64,000 nucleotides of DNA from Octopus vulgaris. Taxonomy: Eukaryota. Below, one piece after another: positions 55,090 to 64,000 of the stretch. Numbering within the stretch: the stretch's first letter is position 1; every line of letters begins with the position of its first letter. The notes under the pieces are model-generated. The model ran no database searches and was not told the origin of the DNA. It saw nothing but the letters and a program-made list of their open reading frames with translations. Position numbers and translations under genes: made by a program. The stretch is from assembly GCA_951406725.2 (NCBI GenBank), contig OX597821.1:65224001-65288000 (forward strand), read 5' to 3'.

Positions 55090-57492
55090 GGGCATATCTC
55101 CCTTTCTGACACCGCTGTCCACCGAAAATTCATGAGATAGCTCACAATTATAGACTATCTGAGCTTTAATGTTTCTGTGTAGTTCCTTAAAGATGCAGTG
55201 AAATATATAGAGAAAAGTGTGAGGGCAGGAATATCTCCCTGTTTGACACCGTTGTCCACTGAAAATTCATGAGAAGACTCACTATTAAAGACTACCTAAG
55301 CTTTCATGTTTCTGTGTAGTTCCTTAAAGATGGTCACAAAATGCGTTATGTGCCAGGGGAGTTATCCCTCTTGAATTACCATACACTGCTTTTGGGCTCT
55401 TACCTTTGTATACAGAGATTAGAATGCCATTTATTCATTCTTGAGGCGCAGAAGATTCAGTCCAAACTGGAGTCATCAGGCTATGAATTTCAGATAAAAT
55501 ATAATCCCCACCTGCTTTAAGAATTTCAACCGTCCAATCAAGGAGCTTTACCTGATCCCAGTTTACATAATACCAGAATTACTTCTTCAATGGAAAGTGT
55601 ATCGTTCATATGTTGCACTATTTCTTTTTGTGGAATGTTGTTTATGATATCCATGTTTACTACAGATGGATTGTGGAAAAGATCTGCAAAGTGCTCTCTC
55701 CATATATTCATTATTCCAGGAGGATCTTTAATAACTTAATTTCCACCTTTTGACTTCAAGGGAACGTATGATGAAGATTGCATTCCAAAAGTTTGTCGCA
55801 ATAAGCTATAGAAACTTTTAATGACTTTCCTGTCATAGGCTACCTGTACTTCTTCAGACACATTTCTCCAAGTGTCTTTAAGCCTCCTGAGTTCTTTTCG
55901 CAAGTTTGCTTTCTGAGCCTTGTACAACTTTTCTAGTTGCGCTTTGTTCTTAACGTTTGGGTCAAGAAGCTTTTCATGAATGGACCTCTTCGTTGTAAAA
56001 AGCTCATATATCACTGTATCGTTGGAATCAAACCAGTCTCGGTGCTATCTCCTCTTGAAACCTAACACCTCTGATCCCATTTTATATATTCTCACCCGGA
56101 AAGATTACCATGAGCCTTCAAACTGAACATTGCTGCATCTCTTCTGAAATAACTGCAAAACTTGTGGTTGTTTTAGCTGCTCTACATCAATCTACTATGG
56201 TACTTGTACACCTGCACTACGTATTTTCTTGCGGACCATGAACTTGAACTTGGCTCTAACCATTTTGTGATCAGTATCACAATAACCACCTCGTAATACT
56301 CTGAGACTGCACAAATCTTGTAAGTCAGCTTTCCGAGTTAATACAAAGTCAATCATGTGACCTTGTTTTGATCTTGGGTGAATCCAGGTAACCTTATGAT
56401 GAAAGAAAGTAATCCCAACAACCAACCCTAGCTCAGAGCACACTTGTAGCAGATGCAACTCATTCTTGTCCACCTTTTTTATTTCGTAACGCCCAGGTAC
56501 ATTCCAAGCACAATAGTCTCTACCAACACGTGCATTAAAGTCACCAGTCACAACCAACTTCACATTCAAAGCGACTGACAGAATATTTCTTCTAAGCTCC
56601 TCTTAAAATGCATTGATATTTTCACCACTAGCTGGAAGTATAGGAGCAGAAATAGAGAAAACAATTACAAAACATCCACAAGAAAGAGGGATCCTGAGAT
56701 TCATTATACCTGTATTTATGCTTTGTGGTTGTTCTAGGTCTTTTAGCAAAGCACTTCTAATAGCAAACCCAACACCACTTTCCCTTTTCTCCTCCTTCAG
56801 CTTCCCAAACCAGAGAAAGTACAGACAATTTTTAGTGCACCTTTTCTAGCATCTTCTCAGTATATCCTGGTGAGCAGTGTTCTCCTTAAAAGGACTACTC
56901 AGACACGGGATTCTCCACCGAAAAACTTTCCTGTCTATGAAAACATGCTAGCGATGTTAAGATAAGAACCCTGCCGCCTTTTGCGCAGATTTGTAACTGT
57001 ATGTTTCCAACCGGTCAAGTTTGCATACGTCGCCACGCTTCTATCGACATAGGAGTTTTCAAAAGTGATGATTATAAGATGATGGTGTTTTGTTGGGGAC
57101 ATCTGTACTTCATTGGATTTCAGTGACAAACGCTTGTACCACATTTTTGCCTCTCTCTGGGTCAAAAGAGTAGATTCCAGTGACAAGCAAAGCAAGGTGA
57201 CTAAGTTGACAGCAGGTTTTATATCAGAATACCTTCTCCTAGGCTTTCCCTCGAAACGATACTGTAAGCCAGCAGTAAATAAATTTAAATTCAGGAGCTT
57301 TATTCTCCTATACTAGTTGTCCTAATCACGGCTTCGTTTCAAAACAGAAGCCCAGTCTTCCCCCATCAATAGTCATGGCTTTGATAGTGCAGCCAATTAA
57401 GGGACTGGCGTTAACATGACCTGGTTTTATGTCAGAGTGTCCTTTTCTTAGAATAGTTGCCTTCACTACGGCTAATGTGCTTCATCTGCCAA
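55090..57492 (-). mobile_element. Degenerate RTE-BovB-like LINE: 5'UTR, APE endonuclease and RT start
   Basis: GDFNARVG, TWIHPRSKQGHMIDFVLTR and CDTDHKMVR (APE); FSVDNGVKQGD (RT); conserved RTE 5'UTR-like motif near 57290-57492. Confidence 0.88.
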
Positions 57493-57908
57493 CACACACA
57501 CATAAAAAATATATATAAATTTTAAAAAAAACAACGATATAAAATTTGAAAATTTGAAATGTTTAACATTTAAAAATGTTTCTTTAATAAAAATAGATAA
57601 ATACATAGATAAATAAATTCAAGATTAAGAATACAATTAAAATAAATATATATATATATAAATATCTATATAAATATATAAAAGATATATAAATATATAA
57701 AGGTATATAAAAAATAAAAAATATATAAATATATTAAAAGATATATAAAAATTTATATATGTGTGTATATATAAATATATACACACATAGGTACATATAC
57801 ATACACACCTATGTACATATAATGTTGGATAGTCATTGACTAAACATAAGCTCTTCCGCCCTTTTGATATACATATGAGCTCTTCCGCCCTTTGATATAC
57901 ATACATAC

Positions 57909-57959
<51 letters not shown>

Positions 57960-58097
57960 TTATAGGAATGCCAAGGAAGAAGAAATTATGTGAGGTATTA
58001 TATTATAGCTGCTTCCGCTATAAAATACAGTGCACTCATACGAGTAGTTAGTTCCTTTTATATCACCTTATGGCTTCATTTTGTACTTCAGTTTTGA

Positions 58098-58178
58098 AGC
58101 TCTGACGAAGCTATAAATTGATACAGAACCACTCAACTATGAGTGCATTGCATCTCATAGCAGAAATAGCTGTAAGCT
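58098..58178 (+). ncRNA. Type I hammerhead motif with branched stem II
   Basis: AGCT-CTGACGA-AGCTAT...ATAGCA-GAAA-TAGCTG-TA-AGCT; internal hairpin CTATGAG/CTCATAG. Confidence 0.7.
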
Positions 58179-59699
58179 AAAGAAATTCATTCCACAATTT
58201 CTTGTTCCTTTGTCAAGTATTTGATCTCTTATTACGTTCTGAATTCGACTAATGTTTTTCTCTGAAGCATATGTAATGTTGGGTTCTAACACCAAGGTAT
58301 TAGTATCGTTATGACAAAGTGAAATACTCTCTCTCTCAAACACACAAACACATTTATGTACATATATGTATGTATATAAATCAGTTTAGAAGAGAAAAAA
58401 TGAATTTAGCACATCATTATTATTAATTACAGCTGTTTCGATACCACTCTATTTTTAAAGCCACTGCACTTAAATAATTTTATGCGAAAAGTTATGCAAT
58501 TATTGCAGTTGACTACTTTGCTTGATTATATCCTAAGCTTTACATCAAAGGATACGCTCTTACAGAGACATTTTGTACATACATACATGCATGAATGTAT
58601 GTATGAACATACAGAAAGAGACAGAGAAAGACATACACATTCACATACACACACACACATGCATATATAGATTCAAGTAAATTATAGAAAGCTTTGCGTA
58701 CTCTTTTTATCGATTCTCTATTGTCTTGTTTATAATTTCTCTTCTCAGAACATTATAATACATTTGATTGTTTGAGTTCGTTATGTTCTCTTGTCCTCCA
58801 ATATGTGGTTGCTATCGATGTAGTTGTGGTCGTGTTAAAAATATTGGTTTCTCCAGCTCTTTGTGTTCTGAGTTCAATTTCCATTGATGTGAACTTTGCC
58901 TCATCATACCTGGGTCAATAAAATAAAATACCAGTCAAGTACTGGGGTCGACGGTATCGACAAATGAACACCAAAAACAAATAGAAAAAATCAGGCGTTG
59001 TTCCTTTGCTGGCCCAAGGCTATAATAGAAGTCACCTGCCCAAGCTGCCACACAGTGGGACTGAACACGGAACCACATGGTTCAGAAGCAAGTCTCTATC
59101 CACACAGCCATACCTGCGCCTATCTTAAGATTCTTTGCATCAAAATAATGAAGCTTTCAACACTTCCTCCTAGATATCGACAACAACTTTACGCCTAAAC
59201 ATGGAGGAAAAAAATCTGAAACAGAACATAGATACAAAAGGAAAAAATATGAAGTATTTACAATGAAGCTACAGCTAGGGCATAACTTACAATAGTTCGA
59301 AATAACTAATGAACTAGAGATAGAATAAAGCAATGTATTGATTTCTAGCCTTAGAATACGACCGCAAATTTAGCTGAAGAAGAATCGATTATATCGATTC
59401 CATGTACTTCACTGATGCTTTATTTTTATCAATCCTAGAAAGATGAAAGCCAAAGCTGACCTTCGAACAATCTGAAGATTCCTCTCACACTTTGCCAAAA
59501 TAATTGTTTGTTACATTGGTTCAAAACCAGAAATTAAAAAGGCGGGAACAATGATTATATGGACAATTACTCTATTTCCTCGACCCGAGAACAATGATTG
59601 GCAAAGTTGATCTCGTCGGAATTTGAGCTCAAAGCGTAAAGATCCGAAACTAAATAGTACGTGGAATATTTGTCAGAGTCAAACACTTCGATTTGGTAG

Positions 59700-59930
59700 G
59701 CCGGCGAGCTGGCAGAATCGTTAGAACACCGAGCGAAATGCTTAGCGATATTTCGCCTGCCGTTACGTTCTGAGATCAAATTCCACTGAGGTAGACTTTG
59801 CCTTTCATCCTTTCAGGGTTGATTAAATAAGTACCAGTTACGCACTGTAGTCGATGTAATCCACTTAATCCCTATGTCTATCCTTGTTTATCCCGTCTAT
59901 GTTTAGCCCCCTGTGGGCAATAAAGAAATA
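59700..59930 (+). mobile_element. SINE S1
   Basis: Full head, body and tail; further S1 copies at about 12808, 28073, 31680, 33976, 38775, 40543, 41730 and 58860. Confidence 0.8.
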
Positions 59931-60118
59931 TATACACAATATAGGTGCACGCGTGGCTTGCTTTCTAAACACATGCTTTCGGGTTCAATCCCACCGCATG
60001 GCACCTCGGTGAAGCGCCTTCTACTATAGTTCCAGCCCGACCAAAGTCATTATATATATAACGTAACTACACACGTGCTGTTGGTAATTTTTTTCTTCTG
60101 TGGACTTTTCCGTTTTCC

Positions 60119-60151
60119 ATTCCGACGAAGAGCTACGCTCGAAACATCAAT
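60119..60151 (+). ncRNA. Degenerate minimal hammerhead motif
   Basis: ATT-CCGACGA-AGAGC-TAC-GCTC-GAAA-CA-TC-AAT, within a ~200-bp insert in the (TA)n of an S2 SINE. Confidence 0.55.
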
Positions 60152-60937
60152 CACTCTCTTATTTTTACCGAGCGTCTAACTTATACATTCCATGTGCACG
60201 TCCTCTTGTTGCTTGTCTTATTGTTTTTGTTAATGTTCGTTTATTCAATTAGACTATATATATATATATATAAAACTGTATATCAATGTGTGTCGTTGTG
60301 TATGTTTGTCCCCCAACACCATTTCACAACCGGTGCAGGTTTGTTTACGTCTCCGAAAAAAGCTAGCGATAGAATAAATACCAAGTTTAAGAAAATATGT
60401 CCTGAGATTGGTTTTGTTCGACTAAAATCTTTCACGCCGTTACTCTAGCATGGCCGCTCTCAAATGGAAGAAGTAAAAGATAAACGGTACAGGATAAAAG
60501 AATATCGAAGCATGGAGTCGGATTTCCCACTAACATAGACCATTATATCTAGTAAAGTTATTCGAGTCGTTGATGTTACATCGATAGATCGATAGTTAAT
60601 CTGCGTGTCACTGTCAGACTAGTCGTATCTAATCACCACTAGCCGTGTGCACTGACAACGTCTGCCGCAATAACAACAACTGCAAGTGAATCAAATTCAG
60701 CTTTACATTTATGTTAACATAATGTACTGTAATGTTTCAGAAAGAAAAATAATGCGCCAGGACGACATTTTAATGTGAATTGCAAATAGCAAATAAAAGT
60801 ACAGTGTACGCATCGAAGATGGCTTTGTCGTTTGTCGTTTGTCTTATATTTGGGTTAAAGTTAGGAAGTTTGGAAAAAGGACCACTGAACTCAACACGCT
60901 GTTTGTTTTCATCATCTCTCCATTTATTTCCTCTTAT

Positions 60938-60976
60938 TCTTTTCTGTCGAAGAGCGTAGGCTCGAAATGTAAAAGA
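60938..60976 (+). ncRNA. Degenerate minimal hammerhead motif
   Basis: TCTTTT-CTGTCGA-AGAGC-GTAG-GCTC-GAAA-TG-TA-AAAGA; core position A6 is T. Confidence 0.6.
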
Positions 60977-61629
60977 CTTTTCCATTTTTCCCGAACTTCA
61001 AACTAAAATACACTTGCTTGTTGTTCCTACACATGTCTTCGTCTTTGTTTTTCTATGACTTTGAACTAATATATTACAGTCGAATGTGTCGGTATTCAAC
61101 GCCTGTTTCCACATTGGGCAGATACATGGACTTTAAAAGTATTTATTGCATGTGCTACAACAAACAAGTGAATTGCAGACGTGTGGTCGATTCGCCGTCA
61201 ACTCCATCGATAAGCTTACATCGGTTCAATTAATCGAGTTCCTGCTCGTTATATTACCGTGTAAGTGGCTGAGTATTCGACGGGTGCATGTATCATTTAA
61301 GTAAAATCCTTTAAGTAAAATCCAGTTCTCAACATGAGTCAACATGAGTCGGCAGTCGGACCTTTGAACTACAGGTTTAATCAAAGGGGAAAGAGAAACT
61401 CATAAAAAGAAGAATCAACGCCTGTACTGGGCTGACATGTTAGAAATCTCGGAAACCCGAAGAGCGTAGTTGACATCAATGGTATTTGAACTTATAGCGT
61501 GGAGTGCCGAATCTCATATTGCAAGTCATGCTATTTGCGCTCATATGATTCTGTCCGATCTCGGTGGGATGAAGAGCAAAGACCTGCTGAAGGTTTGAAC
61601 TTAGAACGTGAAGTAACGGAAGAGATACA

Positions 61630-61945
61630 TGGCACTCTGTCGGTAACGAAGACGAGGGTTCCAGTTAATCTGATCAACGGAACAGCCTGCTCGTGAAATT
61701 GACGTGCATGTGGCTGAGTATTCCACAGACACCGTGTACTCTTAACGTATTTCTCAGGGAGGTTCAGTGTGACACATAATGTGACTAGGCTGGCCCTTTG
61801 GATTAGAGGTAAATCTCATTTTTGCCAGTTGAGTGGACTGGAGCAACGAGAAATAAAGTGCCTTGCTCAAGGAAACAACGCGTCGCCAGGAACTGAACTC
61901 ACGAATTTTCGACCGTAAGCCGAACACCCTAACCACTGAGCCACA
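61630..61945 (-). mobile_element. SINE S3 (body B, tail Y)
   Basis: Head and body match 26576-26815; tail matches 48660-48834. Confidence 0.85.
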
Positions 61946-62638
61946 GAAGAATCACTACAAAACCAATTTTCCCACTCGATAACGATTCTGTAAGAAAAGA
62001 AGAACAAGCAGAAAAGAAGATAAAAAATAGAATCTGTATGGTCACTGCTGGAGTATCTCGAATATTGTCGTACTCCAACAAGACAGTCCTAGGGTTAAAC
62101 AACGGAAACAACAACAGCGGAATTCGCGATCACACCATATTACAATTACGTCATCATACTAAATGTTGTATCAGTTCCCTTAAATAAATAAATTGTTTCT
62201 AGTCGACCTTACAGAGGTAGTTTATATCTTGCGCAGCAGGTTAGATCAATCTTTGAAGTAAAGAGCTAAGTAAACAGAGAAAAGGACGTTCTGTTGGAGA
62301 ATTAGTGAAGCTAAGAGGAACGAGAATAAAGCAAAATAGAGACTGATTCATAATTGGATATAACCTAAATTTCCCACTGTGTCTCGCTGTTTACTCTTTT
62401 CCATGAACACCTTATAGATCTAGCAAGCACTATTTACAAAAACCAGCAGAGAGGCCTCCATGAGAACGCTCTAGCTGGGAGTAAGAGCAGATAAATTTGC
62501 TGTCGACACTCCGTACCGTCTTAACACTTTGCCTGTCCTGTGTACCACGTGTGATACAGAAGACATATTTCCCTGGCATCTATATATCATATGTGATGTA
62601 AATTCCCAGTTGTTTCAAACACAAGTGTAATTTGGGAC

Positions 62639-63050
62639 CAGTAGCGTAGCTAGGGTAAACCGTACCCGAGGCAAGCCGTAAAGATGCGCCCCCATCCATT
62701 ACAAAATCGACGATATTATATAGTACTTATTTGTTACAAGTAATTAATGTTCCCAACCAATATTTTAGGAATAGATACTTAAGCAGGGTTCATTTATCTG
62801 ACGGTTCGATACAGCCTGTAATTCAAAAAATATTTTTTGAAAGTTTACTTTTACGAAACCTCCATATTTTAATCGTTTATAATGCACCAGCTTCCCCGAT
62901 TGAAACATCAAAAAACTTAATGTGCGAAATGAGATGCAATAAAAATAATGCTGTTGCTTCAAGTCTCATCTTTCTTGCTTTTGATGAGTGCCCCCCCACC
63001 TTCAGTTGGTGCCCGGGGCATGTGCCTCTCACCCCCCAGTAACGCTACTC
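62639..63050. mobile_element. hAT (Tip100/Ac-like) MITE
   Basis: Imperfect TIRs CAGTAGCGTAGCTAGGG / CCCCAGTAACGCTACTC; subterminal GCCCCC motifs. Confidence 0.65.
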
Positions 63051-63260
63051 TCTTTTACTCTCTTTTGCTTGTTTCAGTCATTTGACTGCGGTCATGCTGG
63101 AGCACCACCTTCAGTCGAGCAAATCGACGCCAGGACTTATTCTTTGTAAGCCTAGTACTTATTCTATCGGTCTCTTTTGCCGAACCGCTAAGTTACGGGG
63201 ACGTAAACACACTGGCATCGGTTGTCAAGCGATGTTGAGGGGACAAACACAGACACACAA

Positions 63261-63322
<62 letters not shown>

Positions 63323-63480
63323 GTACGACGGGCTTCTTTCAGTTTCCGTCTACCAAATCCACTCACAAGGCTTTGGTCGGCCCGAGGCTACAGTAGAAGA
63401 CACTTTCCGAAGGTGCCACGCAGTGGGACTGAACCCGGTTGTTAAGCAAGCTACTTACGACACAACCACTCCTGCGCCTA
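63051..63480 (-). mobile_element. SINE S2
   Basis: Near full-length with internal (TA)n. Confidence 0.85.
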
Positions 63481-64000
63481 CTGTTAGGGACTTAGAAAAG
63501 GAATATTTATATTACTGAGAACGCATGAAACGGGTTAATTAAACGTCTGGAAGCAATCAAGGGCGTTTAAGACAAACTTATGAAAATACTTTGAATAGGC
63601 AAAAGGCTAAAATATTTGGTTCTTGAATGAACAGGTCCTTAGAAAAAGACGCAATTCAAGGAAAACCATATATCATAGGTCTGTTCGATCAGGGTTGACC
63701 TGGGGTTAAACTAGAACAACCTAAACCACAACGCCGTCATCTTTGAGCTTTCACTTGTTTCAGTTATTGGACTGCGGCCATATTGGAGTACCGCCATGAA
63801 AGATTTTGAGTCAGACAAATAGAACCTCAGCACTTGTTTTATTTTTAACTCTGATGTTTATCTGTCGTTATGTACTGCTGGACCGCTAAGTTACGGGGCC
63901 ACAAACAAACACCGGTTGTCAAGCGGTGATGAGGACAAACACAAACACACACATTCATATACATTCGCTCACGAGGTATTGGGAGATCCGTGACCGTAAA

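Overview
AT-rich, repeat-dense animal genomic DNA, most likely intronic or intergenic. The SINE families and microsatellite load resemble an octopod cephalopod, but this is recognition from memory and is unverified. I could not support any host protein-coding exon, and nearly all ORFs in the track are translated microsatellites. Real coding remnants all belong to transposons: a young 5'-truncated Penelope-like element (RT YKDD motif plus GIY-YIG, inverted pseudo-LTR), Dong/R4-type RLE LINE fragments, RTE LINE fragments (one with three C2H2 fingers), mariner and maT-like transposase remnants, and Helitron derivatives. The window also holds several MITEs and dozens of tRNA-derived SINE copies from at least three modular families. 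The most interesting signal is a set of about eight type-I hammerhead-ribozyme-like motifs. Several lie inside small non-coding fold-back elements (inverted arms around a hammerhead) that mimic the architecture of the Penelope-like element. All alignments and folds were done by eye.
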